A DNA stretch of 32,000 bases from Vibrio vulnificus CMCP6 (GTDB taxonomy: Bacteria > Pseudomonadota > Gammaproteobacteria > Enterobacterales > Vibrionaceae). Location: positions 990,001 through 1,022,000 of the forward strand of contig NC_004459.3 of NCBI RefSeq assembly GCF_000039765.1, written 5' to 3'. Positions 9,024-20,484 of the stretch are shown here, in pieces (positions within the stretch are counted from its first letter, which is position 1; every line of letters starts with the position of its first letter). Made by a program: the position numbers and the translations under genes. The notes below the pieces were generated by a model. That model had not been told where the DNA came from. It ran no database searches and worked only from the letters and a program-made list of their open reading frames with translations.

Positions 9024-9061
9024 GGGTCTAGGGTCTAGGGTCTAGGGTCTAGGGTCTAGGG
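9024..9061. repeat. tandem heptanucleotide repeat (GGGTCTA) x5 plus a terminal GGG
   Basis: Five perfect units: 9024-30, 9031-37, 9038-44, 9045-51, 9052-58, then GGG at 9059-61. The reverse complement TAGACCC is a cyclic permutation of GACCCTA. Stop codons in all frames show it is non-coding. Confidence 0.97.
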
Positions 9062-9082
9062 CAGTTTTTCCTGCCCTAAGTA

Positions 9083-9112
9083 AAAATGCCACCTCTTGCG
9101 AGGTGGCATTTT
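9083..9112 (-). terminator. gyrB rho-independent terminator (bidirectional geometry)
   Basis: AAAATGCCACCTC (9083-9095), TTGC loop, GAGGTGGCATTTT (9100-9112). This is a 13-bp perfect stem with T-runs on both strands, 27 bp downstream of the gyrB stop. Confidence 0.9.
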
Positions 9113-9138
9113 CATTAATGTTGATAGCGTCTTATCGA

Positions 9139-11559
<2,421 letters not shown>

Positions 11560-11574
11560 TTACTCTCTCATTAT

Positions 11575-12654
11575 TTATCCTTGCTCGATTACACCCTGCT
11601 CCACATGAAACAGTCGGCCAGAGTCATCGCGCATGTCGCTGATCTGGTTTTCCGTAATCGAACTTACAAAAACTTGAGCCCCCGTCTGTTTCAAGCAATC
11701 AGCAAGACGCTTGCGACGTTGACTGTCTAATTCAGAGGCAAAGTCATCTATGAGATAGACGCATTGCTTACCGGTTTTTTCCGTTAGGTGCTGGCCTTGT
11801 GCCAAGCGGAGCGCACACACCATTAATTTCAATTGGCCACGCGATAACACATCTTCCACCGGGGTGTTATTCACTTTTATCCGTAAATCGGCCTTATTTG
11901 GCCCGCTAACGGTATAGCCTAGCGTTTGATCGCGCTCGAAATTCTCTTCCAGTATTTGTTGGTATGGGGTTTCTTTTTCCCAGCCACGATAATACTTCAA
12001 TTGGATATGAAATTCTGGCAAAAATTCTTGGCACAACTGTTCCGCTTTGCTTTGCATTTGGGCAACGTAATCGGCGCGCCATTGGCTAATCAACTCGGCC
12101 AAACGTGCCATTTCCTTGTCCCAATAACTCAGCTCTTGATAGCTCTTTGCCGACTTCAACAACGCATTACGTTGTTTGTTGAGGCGCTTAAAACGCCCCC
12201 ATGCATCATAAAACGCGGGCTCAGTATGAAACACGCCCCAATCAATAAACGCTCGACGATGCTTGGGCCCATCCGTTAATAAATCGAAGCCTTCGGGATG
12301 AATCAATTGCAATGGCAACACTTGTGCTAGCTGCGCTAACTTTTGCCCAGATTGACCGCCTATTTTAACCTCTGTTGTGCCATCACGCTGCTTATTAATG
12401 CCGATCGGTAGCTCAAATTGATCCGAGTTCAAAAAACGACCATAGACAAACAGTTGATCACACTCATTTTGAATCACGCGTCCGGTCAAAGCACTTTTAA
12501 ATGAGCGCCCATGACCGAGCAAATAGATGGCTTCCAAGACACTGGTTTTGCCACTGCCATTCGGACCAATAAGAAAGTTAAAGCCTGGCGACAGTGCAAT
12601 GTCGCAGGCTTTGATATTACGAAACTGCTGAATAATCAGACGAGAAAGCGGCAT
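11575..12654 (-). CDS. recF: DNA replication and repair protein RecF
   Basis: 359 aa. The N-terminus LIIQQFRNI...[15 protein letters not shown] carries the Walker A motif. The position is the conserved dnaA-dnaN-recF-gyrB order. Confidence 0.96.
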   Translation of the reverse strand: MPLSRLIIQQFRNIKACDIALSPGFNFLIGPNGSGKTSVLEAIYLLGHGRSFKSALTGRVIQNECDQLFVYGRFLNSDQFELPIGINKQRDGTTEVKIGGQSGQKLAQLAQVLPLQLIHPEGFDLLTDGPKHRRAFIDWGVFHTEPAFYDAWGRFKRLNKQRNALLKSAKSYQELSYWDKEMARLAELISQWRADYVAQMQSKAEQLCQEFLPEFHIQLKYYRGWEKETPYQQILEENFERDQTLGYTVSGPNKADLRIKVNNTPVEDVLSRGQLKLMVCALRLAQGQHLTEKTGKQCVYLIDDFASELDSQRRKRLADCLKQTGAQVFVSSITENQISDMRDDSGRLFHVEQGVIEQG

Positions 12655-12663
12655 TCAATCAGC

Positions 12664-13764
12664 TTATAGACGAATTGGCATAACCACGTACATGGCGCTG
12701 TCGTCATCGACATTTTCAACCAGAGCACTGGCGTTGGCATCCGACATTGAGATTCGTACTTGTTCACAACGCAAGGTGTTCAACACATCCAATACGTAGC
12801 TAACGTTGAAGCCAATCTCAATCGCCTCGCCCTCGAAGCTCACATCCAACATCTCTTCCGCTTCTTCTTGCTCTGGGTTGTTGGCGGTAATGCGCATTTC
12901 ACTGCCAGCGAGGTTAACGCGAACGCCACGGAATTTTTCATTCGACAAAATCGCCGCGCGTGAAAACGCTTGGCGTAATTCATCACAACTCGCTTCCAGC
13001 GTTTTGGTTGTGTGTTGCGGCAACACGCGACGGTAATCCGGGAAACGACCATCCACCAACTTAGAAGTAAAGACAAAATGGTTTACTTCGGCGCGCAGAT
13101 TTGAGCTGCCAATTTGCAGCGTGACGGGTTGCTCTGGTGTATCCAGCAATTTAACCAGCTCTTGCACACCTTTACGCGGTACGATGATCTGCTTTTGTGC
13201 AAAGTCAGCACTCAACGCTGCCTGCGCCACAGCCATACGGTGACCATCGGTCGCGACACTGCGCAGTGTGCTGCCCTCAATTTCAAACAACATGCCATTG
13301 AGGTAGTAGCGTACGTCTTGGTTCGCCATCGAGAATTGTGTTTTCTCAATCAGCGCGCGCAATTCGCCCTGAGTGAGGGAGACTTCCACTTCACTTTGCC
13401 AATCTTCAATATTCGGAAAATCATTGGCCGGCAGAGTGGCCAACGAGAAACGGCTTCGCCCGGAGCGCACTTGCACGCGATCACCTTCCAATACAAACGT
13501 GATCACCGCATCGTCGGGTAATCCACGGCAGATATCGATAAACTTGCGCGAAGGAACCGTAATACTGCCCGCTTCAAACTCCCCTTCCAAGGTCACTTTA
13601 CTGATCAGCTCCACTTCTAAGTCCGTGGCGGTCATTGACAGTTGACCATTTTCAACGTTGATCAGCAAATTACCGAGGATCGGTAGCGTTGGTCGCCCAC
13701 CGAGTGCACCGGAAACCTGTTGAAGGGGTTTAATAAAATGACTACGTGCGATAGTAAATTTCAT
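12664..13764 (-). CDS. dnaN: DNA polymerase III beta sliding clamp
   Basis: 366 aa. MKFTIARSHFIKPLQQVSGALGGRPTLPILGNLL ... ends MPIRL, colinear with E. coli DnaN. Confidence 0.97.
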   Translation of the reverse strand: MKFTIARSHFIKPLQQVSGALGGRPTLPILGNLLINVENGQLSMTATDLEVELISKVTLEGEFEAGSITVPSRKFIDICRGLPDDAVITFVLEGDRVQVRSGRSRFSLATLPANDFPNIEDWQSEVEVSLTQGELRALIEKTQFSMANQDVRYYLNGMLFEIEGSTLRSVATDGHRMAVAQAALSADFAQKQIIVPRKGVQELVKLLDTPEQPVTLQIGSSNLRAEVNHFVFTSKLVDGRFPDYRRVLPQHTTKTLEASCDELRQAFSRAAILSNEKFRGVRVNLAGSEMRITANNPEQEEAEEMLDVSFEGEAIEIGFNVSYVLDVLNTLRCEQVRISMSDANASALVENVDDDSAMYVVMPIRL

Positions 13765-13824
13765 GCTTGGCTCTTTACGCTGTCCGCTTCAATAAAGTGT
13801 TTAGAATTGTGTCATTCTAACCGA

Positions 13825-15231
13825 TTAAGACGACAGGGTGCGAATCAAGTTAGAGTAATCTTCTTTAATATCGTGGCTCTCTTCACGCAGCTGCTCAATC
13901 TTACGACACGCATGCAGCACTGTGGTGTGGTCACGGCCACCAAACGCATCGCCGATTTCCGGCAAGCTGTGGTTGGTAAGCTCTTTGGCCAATGCCATGG
14001 CTAATTGGCGAGGACGCGCAACCGAGCGAGAACGTCGCTTAGAGAGTAGATCGGCCACTTTAATCTTGTAGTATTCCGCAACCGTCTTTTGAATGTTGTC
14101 GATGGTCACCAGCTTCTCTTGCAGTGCCAATAGGTCACGCAGTGCTTCACGCACAAAATCAATGGTAATTGGGCGGCCAGTAAAGTTGGCATTGGCGATC
14201 ACGCGGTTTAATGCCCCTTCTAGCTCACGAACATTAGAACGCAGACGCTTAGCAATAAAGAACGCCACTTCATCGGCAAGATGGATTTGGTGATCTTCGG
14301 CTTTCTTCATCAAGATCGCCACACGGGTTTCCAGTTCTGGCGGCTCAATCGCCACCGTCAAACCCCAACCAAAGCGTGATTTCAGGCGATCTTCTACCCC
14401 GCTGATCTCTTTTGGATAACGATCCGAAGTCAGGATAATCTGTTGGTTGCCTTCCAATAGCGCGTTAAAGGTGTGGAAGAACTCTTCCTGCGAACGCTCT
14501 TTGTTAGCAAAGAATTGAATGTCATCGATAAGTAAGGCATCAACACTGCGGTAGTAACGTTTGAACTCTTCAATTGCGTTATTTTGCAGGGCTTTAACCA
14601 TGTCTTGCACAAAACGCTCAGAGTGCATGTAAACCACTTTGGCGTTGGGCTTGTTATCAACAATGGCGTTGCCAACGGCGTGCAACAAGTGGGTTTTACC
14701 TAAACCGGTGCCGCCGTATAAGAACAGTGGGTTGTACGCCCCACCAGGGTTATCCGCCACCTGACGTGCTGCGGCCAAACCCAATTGGTTCGACTTACCT
14801 TCGACAAAGTTATTGAACTTATGCTTAGGGTTCACATTTGAGCGGTGATTGATGTCAGCGATCGCTTGAGCATCATCATCCCAAGTTTTGTGTACTGGCT
14901 TACGCGCTTGCAATTGTGCGGGTGCCGACGATTCGGCCGCCACATCCGCTGGTGTGCGAGTTGGTGCTGGCTTAGGTGCAGCCACAGGACGGCTGCCGAC
15001 TTCAAAACGCAAGTTAGGAATGTCATGACCGCAATATTCTTGCAATAAACGATTAATGCTATTGAGGTATTTGTCTCGCACCCAATCCAAAACAAAGCGG
15101 TTTGGCGCGAACAGAGTGAGCGTATTGTCATTGAGCTCCGCTTGTAACGGGCGAACCCACATACTGAATTCTGTAGCTGGTAGCTCTTCTTGAAGCCGTT
15201 GCATACACTGCAACCAAAGCGAAGATGACAC
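13825..15231 (-). CDS. dnaA: chromosomal replication initiator protein DnaA
   Basis: 468 aa with a GTG start (as in E. coli). [32 protein letters not shown], the AAA+ motif [16 protein letters not shown], and the C-terminal DNA-binding region [12 protein letters not shown]. Confidence 0.98.
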   Translation of the reverse strand: MSSSLWLQCMQRLQEELPATEFSMWVRPLQAELNDNTLTLFAPNRFVLDWVRDKYLNSINRLLQEYCGHDIPNLRFEVGSRPVAAPKPAPTRTPADVAAESSAPAQLQARKPVHKTWDDDAQAIADINHRSNVNPKHKFNNFVEGKSNQLGLAAARQVADNPGGAYNPLFLYGGTGLGKTHLLHAVGNAIVDNKPNAKVVYMHSERFVQDMVKALQNNAIEEFKRYYRSVDALLIDDIQFFANKERSQEEFFHTFNALLEGNQQIILTSDRYPKEISGVEDRLKSRFGWGLTVAIEPPELETRVAILMKKAEDHQIHLADEVAFFIAKRLRSNVRELEGALNRVIANANFTGRPITIDFVREALRDLLALQEKLVTIDNIQKTVAEYYKIKVADLLSKRRSRSVARPRQLAMALAKELTNHSLPEIGDAFGGRDHTTVLHACRKIEQLREESHDIKEDYSNLIRTLSS

Positions 15232-15294
15232 GGTGCCCCCACTGAGTACGAAATTAATCTGAAAAGATTGGCAATTTTACCTGTTGATAACCAA

Positions 15295-15441
15295 GATCGC
15301 CAGCGATTGATCGACGATCCAGTGAATAAGATCCAAGTTATTCACAATAATTTCGCTTGATTTTTGCGGATCAACACATCTTGCCCAATGATTACCCACA
15401 AGACGATCCACTTTTCCACGGATCTTGGCGATTTATCCCCA
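15295..15441. promoter_or_regulatory. dnaA control region: DnaA boxes plus a GATC cluster
   Basis: Boxes: AGTGAATAA (15321-29, equal to TTATTCACT on the minus strand) and TTATTCACA (15338-46) form an inverted pair. TTACCCACA lies at 15392-400 and TTATCCCCA at 15433-41. I count seven GATC sites between 15295 and 15424. Confidence 0.7.
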
Positions 15442-15543
15442 AAACAGACTGTTCATCTGGTTATGGTTAATAACAACTAGTTATTTATTCTATTGAGATA
15501 AATCACATTAACATCACCTCCCATAAAGATAAGGAGTCACAAG

Positions 15544-16296
15544 ATGAATAACTGGATTAAAGCGAGTATTGCTGCCATCGCGCTTTCTGTAGCAACTTTT
15601 CAGGCGGTTGCCGAAGAAGTGGTTAAAGTGGGTATGTCTGGCCGCTACTTCCCATTCACCTTTGTAAAGCAAGACCAACTGCAAGGTTTTGAAGTGGATA
15701 TGTGGGATGAGATTGGTAAGCGTAATGGCTACAAAGTCGAATACGTAACCGCAAACTTCTCAGGTCTGTTTGGCTTACTTGAAACGGGTCGCATCGATAC
15801 CATTTCCAACCAAATCACCATGACGGATGCGCGCAAAGCCAAATACCTTTTTGCTGATCCTTATGTGGTAGACGGCGCTCAGATCACCGTACGCAAGGGC
15901 AATGACAGCATCAAAGGCGTTGCAGACCTTGCAGGTAAAACCGTTGCGGTCAACCTAGGCTCAAACTTTGAGCAGCTATTACGCGATTACGATAAAGACG
16001 GCAAAATCAATATCAAGACTTACGATACCGGTATTGAACATGATGTTGCGTTAGGACGTGCCGATGCATTCGTGATGGATCGCCTGTCAGCACTAGAACT
16101 GATCAAGAAAACCGGTTTGCCACTACAATTGGCAGGTGAACCGTTTGAAACCATCGCTAACGCATGGCCATTTGTGAACAACGAACGTGGCGTGAAGCTG
16201 CAAGGTGAAGTCAACAAAGCCCTTGCTGAGATGCGCGCAGACGGTACGGTTGAGCAAATCTCAATCAAATGGTTTGGTGCAGACATCACCAAATAA
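15544..16296 (+). CDS. polar amino-acid ABC transporter, periplasmic substrate-binding protein (cystine/arginine-type PBP family 3)
   Basis: 250 aa with a signal peptide (MNNWIKASIAAIALSVATFQAVA|EE). It has family-3 SBP motifs (GFEVDMW..IGK, DTISNQITMT..R). The SD AAGGAG lies at 15529-34. Confidence 0.9.
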   Translation: MNNWIKASIAAIALSVATFQAVAEEVVKVGMSGRYFPFTFVKQDQLQGFEVDMWDEIGKRNGYKVEYVTANFSGLFGLLETGRIDTISNQITMTDARKAKYLFADPYVVDGAQITVRKGNDSIKGVADLAGKTVAVNLGSNFEQLLRDYDKDGKINIKTYDTGIEHDVALGRADAFVMDRLSALELIKKTGLPLQLAGEPFETIANAWPFVNNERGVKLQGEVNKALAEMRADGTVEQISIKWFGADITK

Positions 16297-16328
16297 AGCG
16301 AATAGCGCTCGTCACAGCTTTCTTTTTT

Positions 16329-16360
16329 AAGGTGGAATTTGCGATTCCACCTTTTGTTTT
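16329..16360 (+). terminator. intercistronic hairpin / partial terminator between the SBP and permease genes
   Basis: AAGGTGGAAT (16329-38), TTGCG loop, ATTCCACCTT (16344-53), then TTGTTTT. It has a 10-bp perfect stem. Confidence 0.7.
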
Positions 16361-16377
16361 CTTTAAGGGTAACTGGT

Positions 16378-17049
16378 ATGGGATTTGATTTTAACTACAT
16401 GCTAGAGCTACTGCCGATTCTGCTCAAATACCTCGGCACCACCATGGAAATGGCGATTCTGGGTCTGGTTTTCTCTTTGGTCTTGGCGGTAATACTGGCC
16501 AATATTCGTGTGTTCCGCCTCCCCATCCTCGATCCACTCAGCCAACTCTACATCAGTTTTTTCCGTGGCACACCGCTGCTGGTACAACTGTTCTTGCTTT
16601 ACTATGGCTTACCTCAAATCTTCCCAATCATGGTTGGTCTCGACGCGTTCAGTGCTGCCGTTATTGGTTTAACACTGCATTTTGCCGCCTACATGGCAGA
16701 AAGCATTCGCGCCGCGATTATTGGTATTGACCGTAGCCAGATGGAAGCCAGCTTGTCGGTAGGCATGACCACCTCTCAAGCAATGCGTCGCGTTATCTTG
16801 CCACAAGCCACTCGCGTCGCTTTGCCATCATTAATGAACTACTTTATCGACATGATCAAATCCACCTCTTTGGCTTTTACGCTAGGCGTAGCGGAAATAA
16901 TGGCCAAGGCGCAAATGGAAGCTTCGTCTAGCTTCCGCTTCTTTGAAGCCTTTTTGGCTGTCGCACTCATCTATTGGGGTGTCGTACTGGTGCTAACCCG
17001 AGTGCAAATTTGGGCCGAGAACAAACTGAATAAGGCGTATGCGAGATGA
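16378..17049 (+). CDS. polar amino-acid ABC transporter permease
   Basis: The ORF-track start at 16339 lies inside the hairpin loop. ATG 16378 (MGFDFNYMLELLPILLKYL), preceded by AAGGG, gives 223 aa, the usual size. The conserved block FFRGTPLLVQLFLLYYGLP and the EAA-like loop are present. Confidence 0.9.
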   Translation: MGFDFNYMLELLPILLKYLGTTMEMAILGLVFSLVLAVILANIRVFRLPILDPLSQLYISFFRGTPLLVQLFLLYYGLPQIFPIMVGLDAFSAAVIGLTLHFAAYMAESIRAAIIGIDRSQMEASLSVGMTTSQAMRRVILPQATRVALPSLMNYFIDMIKSTSLAFTLGVAEIMAKAQMEASSSFRFFEAFLAVALIYWGVVLVLTRVQIWAENKLNKAYAR

Positions 17050-17783
17050 TCAAATTAGACAATATCCACAAACGCTTTGGCGACACAGAAGTACTCAAAG
17101 GCATTGATCTGACCATCAACCAAGGTGAAATCATCGTCATCATTGGTTCAAGTGGGACTGGCAAATCCACCTTGCTGCGCTGTGTTAACTTTCTAGAGCA
17201 AGCGGACCAAGGCAAAATCACCATTGATGACATCAGTGTCGATAGCCAACAACACACCAAAGCCGAAGTGCTTGCGCTGCGCCGCCGCACTGGCTTCGTG
17301 TTTCAAAACTACGCGTTATTTGCCCACATGACGGCGCGACAAAATATTGCCGAGGGTTTGGTCACCGTTCGCGGCTGGAAAAAAGAAGACGCTCTGAAAC
17401 GCGCACAGCAAATCTTGGACGACATTGGTCTGGGAGAAAAAGGCGACAGCTACCCGGCGGCCCTCTCTGGTGGCCAGCAACAACGCGTCGGTATTGGCCG
17501 CGCCATGGCACTGCAACCCGAACTGTTGCTTTTTGATGAGCCAACTTCGGCATTGGATCCAGAATGGGTTGGAGAAGTCCTCTCATTAATGAAGAAGTTA
17601 GCCAACCAACACCAAACGATGCTGGTGGTCACCCATGAGATGCAATTTGCCCGAGAAGTGGCGGATCGCGTGATCTTCATGGCGGAAGGCAAGATTGTTG
17701 AGCAGGGATCTCCACAGGATATCTTTGGAAATCCACAGGATCCTCGCTTACAAAAATTCCTGCGCCAAGTAGGAATGGAGTAA
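17046..17783 (+). CDS. polar amino-acid ABC transporter ATP-binding protein
   Basis: 245 aa. Walker A GSSGTGKST, signature LSGGQQQRVGIGRA, Walker B LLLFDEPTSALD. The ATGA start overlaps the permease stop. Confidence 0.95.
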   Translation: MIKLDNIHKRFGDTEVLKGIDLTINQGEIIVIIGSSGTGKSTLLRCVNFLEQADQGKITIDDISVDSQQHTKAEVLALRRRTGFVFQNYALFAHMTARQNIAEGLVTVRGWKKEDALKRAQQILDDIGLGEKGDSYPAALSGGQQQRVGIGRAMALQPELLLFDEPTSALDPEWVGEVLSLMKKLANQHQTMLVVTHEMQFAREVADRVIFMAEGKIVEQGSPQDIFGNPQDPRLQKFLRQVGME

Positions 17784-17810
17784 AGATCCCGACAAAGATC
17801 GCGAGATCCT

Positions 17811-17898
17811 TGAGATTTTACTCACACTCCGTATAATCGCCCGGCGGATTTGTTGATACACCACAAAGATTGACACTTTGTGTGACTGTGATTACAAT
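17811..17898 (+). promoter_or_regulatory. tandem sigma70 promoters upstream of rpmH
   Basis: P-distal: TTGAGA (17811-16), 15 nt, TATAAT (17832-37). P-proximal: TTGACA (17870-75), 17 nt, TACAAT (17893-98), close to consensus. Confidence 0.65.
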
Positions 17899-18010
17899 TC
17901 CGCCTCTTTGTTGAGAGGCGTCGGTGAACTCTTCTTTATATAGAGAAGAAAACAGACCCACGCCGGGTTAACTTAGAACCTAAAACTACTGATCAGTAAA
18001 GGTAATAACA

Positions 18011-18151
18011 ATGGCTACTAAACGCACTTTTCAACCTTCAGTTCTAAAGCGCAAGCGTACTCACGGTTTCCGTGCACGCATGGCGACTAAGAACGGTCGT
18101 AAAGTAATCAATGCACGTCGTGCGAAAGGCCGTGCGCGCCTGTCAAAATAA
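18011..18151 (+). CDS. rpmH: 50S ribosomal protein L34
   Basis: 46 aa, below the ORF-track cutoff. [46 protein letters not shown]. Confidence 0.97.
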   Translation: MATKRTFQPSVLKRKRTHGFRARMATKNGRKVINARRAKGRARLSK

Positions 18152-18164
18152 TCGCTAGCTTATT

Positions 18165-18521
18165 TTGAATACGTACGCGTTCAATCGGGAGTTACGTTTG
18201 TTAACTCCCGAGCATTATCAAAACGTCTTTCAGCAAGCTCATCGAGCTGGCTCTCCTCATTTCACTATCATTGCTCGCAATAATAACCTTTCTCATCCTC
18301 GTTTAGGCTTGGCTGTACCCAAGAAGCAAATCAAAACTGCCGTTGGTCGCAACCGATTCAAACGCCTAGCCCGTGAAAGCTTTCGTAACACACAACATCA
18401 ACTTCCCAATAAAGATTTTGTTGTGATCGCCAAGAAAAGCGCGCAAGATTTGAGCAATGAGGAACTGTTTAAGTTGTTTGATAAGCTATGGCATCGCCTG
18501 TCTCGCCCCTCGCGTGGTTAA
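18165..18521 (+). CDS. rnpA: ribonuclease P protein component
   Basis: 118 aa. [33 protein letters not shown] parallels E. coli RnpA. The first in-frame start is TTG 18165 (E. coli uses GTG). Confidence 0.92.
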   Translation: MNTYAFNRELRLLTPEHYQNVFQQAHRAGSPHFTIIARNNNLSHPRLGLAVPKKQIKTAVGRNRFKRLARESFRNTQHQLPNKDFVVIAKKSAQDLSNEELFKLFDKLWHRLSRPSRG

Positions 18522-18745
18522 CAATCGGACTCGTCCGTCTTTATCAAGGTCTTATCAGTCCTCTCCTTGGACCGCGCTGTCGTTTTACTCCAACCTGTTC
18601 TACATATGCCATAGAAGCGTTGAAAGCTCACGGTTTTGTAAAAGGGTGTTGGTTATCAGGCAAACGTCTATTAAAATGCCACCCTTTGAATGAAGGGGGC
18701 TTTGACCCCGTTCCACCAGTCCAAAAACAAGACAGAGATAAATAA
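18488..18745 (+). CDS. yidD: membrane protein insertion efficiency factor YidD
   Basis: 85 aa. [31 protein letters not shown]...[16 protein letters not shown]. It overlaps rnpA by 34 nt in another frame. Confidence 0.9.
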   Translation: MASPVSPLAWLTIGLVRLYQGLISPLLGPRCRFTPTCSTYAIEALKAHGFVKGCWLSGKRLLKCHPLNEGGFDPVPPVQKQDRDK

Positions 18746-18747
18746 CG

Positions 18748-20367
18748 ATGGATTCTCAACGTACTCTCCTGGTCCTGCTTCTGGCGCTGGTTTCTTTCTT
18801 GCTGTTCCAACAGTGGCAAGTCGCAAAGAACCCAGCCCCTCAAGCCGTTGAACAGGCTCAAACAAGCAGCACTTTACCTGCACCATCTTTTGCTGATGAA
18901 CTGGACCCAGCGCCAGCGCAACAAGCGTCAGCAAAACTCATCACGGTAACAACGGATGTGTTGACTCTGTCAATCGACACTGTTGGTGGTGATGTAGTGG
19001 CTGCGGATTTGAACCAATATTCTGCAGAACTCAATTCTGCGAATGCCTTCGAGCTTCTTAGAGACACTCAAGGTCATCAATTCATCGCACAAAGTGGTCT
19101 GGTTGGCCCACAAGGCATCGACCTAAGCAGCAACAATCGTCCAAGCTACCAAGTGAGCGCGGACAGCTTTACGTTAGCTGACGATCAAAACGAATTACGT
19201 ATTCCAATGACCTACCAAGCGAATGGCTTGGAGTACACCAAAACCTTTATCCTAAAACGTGGTAGCTACGCGATTGACGTTGAGTTCGATGTCATCAACA
19301 AATCAGGTAACAACGCAACGTTAGGCATGTACGCACACCTACGTCAAAATCTGATGGACGCGGGCGGCAGCATCACCATGCCAACCTACCGTGGTGGTGC
19401 TTACTCAACCGAAGATACTCGTTATAAAAAATACAGCTTCGAAGATATGCAAGATCGCAATCTGTCTCTTACTCTGACCAATGGTCAAGGTTGGGCAGCA
19501 ATGATCCAGCACTACTTCGCTGCGGCGTGGATCCCACGTAACGAACCAGGTGCAAACCTGTACACTCGCGTGATTGGCAATATGGGTGACATTGGCGTTC
19601 GCATGCCAAACAAAACCATTGCTGATGGCGATAGCGCACACTTCACCGCAACCCTTTGGGCTGGTCCTAAACTGCAAGACCAAATGGCGGAAGTCGCACC
19701 AAACCTTGACTTGGTTGTCGATTACGGCTGGTTGTGGTTCATCGCGAAACCACTGCATTGGCTACTGTCTGTTATCCAAAGCTTTGTGGGTAACTGGGGT
19801 GTGGCGATCATCTGTCTGACCTTCATCGTTCGTGGTGCGATGTACCCACTGACAAAAGCACAGTACACCTCAATGGCCAAAATGCGCATGCTACAGCCTA
19901 AGCTGCAAGCAATGCGTGAGCGCATCGGTGATGACCGTCAGCGCATGAGCCAAGAGATGATGGAACTGTACAAGAAAGAGAAAGTTAACCCACTCGGTGG
20001 CTGTCTTCCTCTCATTCTGCAGATGCCTATCTTCATCGCTCTGTACTGGGCATTGATGGAATCGGTTGAGCTGCGTCACTCGCCGTTCATCCTATGGATT
20101 CACGACCTTTCAGCACAGGACCCATACTTCATCCTGCCGCTATTGATGGGTGGATCAATGTTCCTAATTCAGAAGATGAGCCCAACGACTGTGACCGATC
20201 CTATGCAGCAGAAGATCATGACCTTTATGCCGGTGATGTTTACCTTCTTCTTCCTATGGTTCCCATCAGGCCTGGTTCTATACTGGCTAGTATCGAACAT
20301 CGTTACTCTGATCCAGCAGTCTTTGATATACAAAGCACTGGAGAAAAAAGGCTTACACACTAAGTAA
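18748..20367 (+). CDS. yidC: membrane protein insertase YidC
   Basis: 539 aa. [17 protein letters not shown]..., then ...[11 protein letters not shown]...[17 protein letters not shown]...VNPLGGCLP... Confidence 0.97.
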   Translation: MDSQRTLLVLLLALVSFLLFQQWQVAKNPAPQAVEQAQTSSTLPAPSFADELDPAPAQQASAKLITVTTDVLTLSIDTVGGDVVAADLNQYSAELNSANAFELLRDTQGHQFIAQSGLVGPQGIDLSSNNRPSYQVSADSFTLADDQNELRIPMTYQANGLEYTKTFILKRGSYAIDVEFDVINKSGNNATLGMYAHLRQNLMDAGGSITMPTYRGGAYSTEDTRYKKYSFEDMQDRNLSLTLTNGQGWAAMIQHYFAAAWIPRNEPGANLYTRVIGNMGDIGVRMPNKTIADGDSAHFTATLWAGPKLQDQMAEVAPNLDLVVDYGWLWFIAKPLHWLLSVIQSFVGNWGVAIICLTFIVRGAMYPLTKAQYTSMAKMRMLQPKLQAMRERIGDDRQRMSQEMMELYKKEKVNPLGGCLPLILQMPIFIALYWALMESVELRHSPFILWIHDLSAQDPYFILPLLMGGSMFLIQKMSPTTVTDPMQQKIMTFMPVMFTFFFLWFPSGLVLYWLVSNIVTLIQQSLIYKALEKKGLHTK

Positions 20368-20384
20368 GTGACAACAGAGTAAAG

Positions 20385-20416
20385 AAAGGCGGCCAAAAGG
20401 TCGCCTTTTTGTTTTC
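20385..20416 (+). terminator. yidC rho-independent terminator
   Basis: AAAGGCGGCC (20385-94), AAAA loop, GGTCGCCTTT (20399-408), then TTGTTTT. Confidence 0.85.
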
Positions 20417-20484
20417 GGCTGATTACAATTCAGCTAATTGATTCCCTGACCAGACAAATGGTCGTTAAAACGATAGGCTCATTT

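Noticed and set aside
8986-9048. Plus-strand mini-ORF ATG 8986 (MGFQGIRKRIFQSVLSGSRV) running into the heptamer array
   Set aside because: It has no SD, it terminates at the first in-frame TAG of the repeat, and it overlaps the sigma32-like promoter on the opposite strand.
9024-9061. Possibility that the tandem repeat is a CRISPR array or part of a coding repeat
   Set aside because: The 7-bp units are directly abutting with no spacers, so this is not a CRISPR array. The TAG formed in each unit gives stops in all three frames on both strands, so it cannot be coding.
16339-16377. Longer permease start (track: 16339, MRFHLLFSLRVTG...)
   Set aside because: The TTG start lies in the loop of the intercistronic hairpin. 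The extension is not hydrophobic or helix-like, whereas ATG 16378 has an SD and yields the usual 223 aa.
20458-20484. Over-extended N-termini in the ORF track: mnmE 20458, atpE 28458, atpH 29272, atpA 29801
   Set aside because: In each case an internal ATG with a proper SD reproduces the E. coli N-terminus and exact length (453, 85, 177 and 513 aa). The extensions begin at TTG or overlap the upstream gene.
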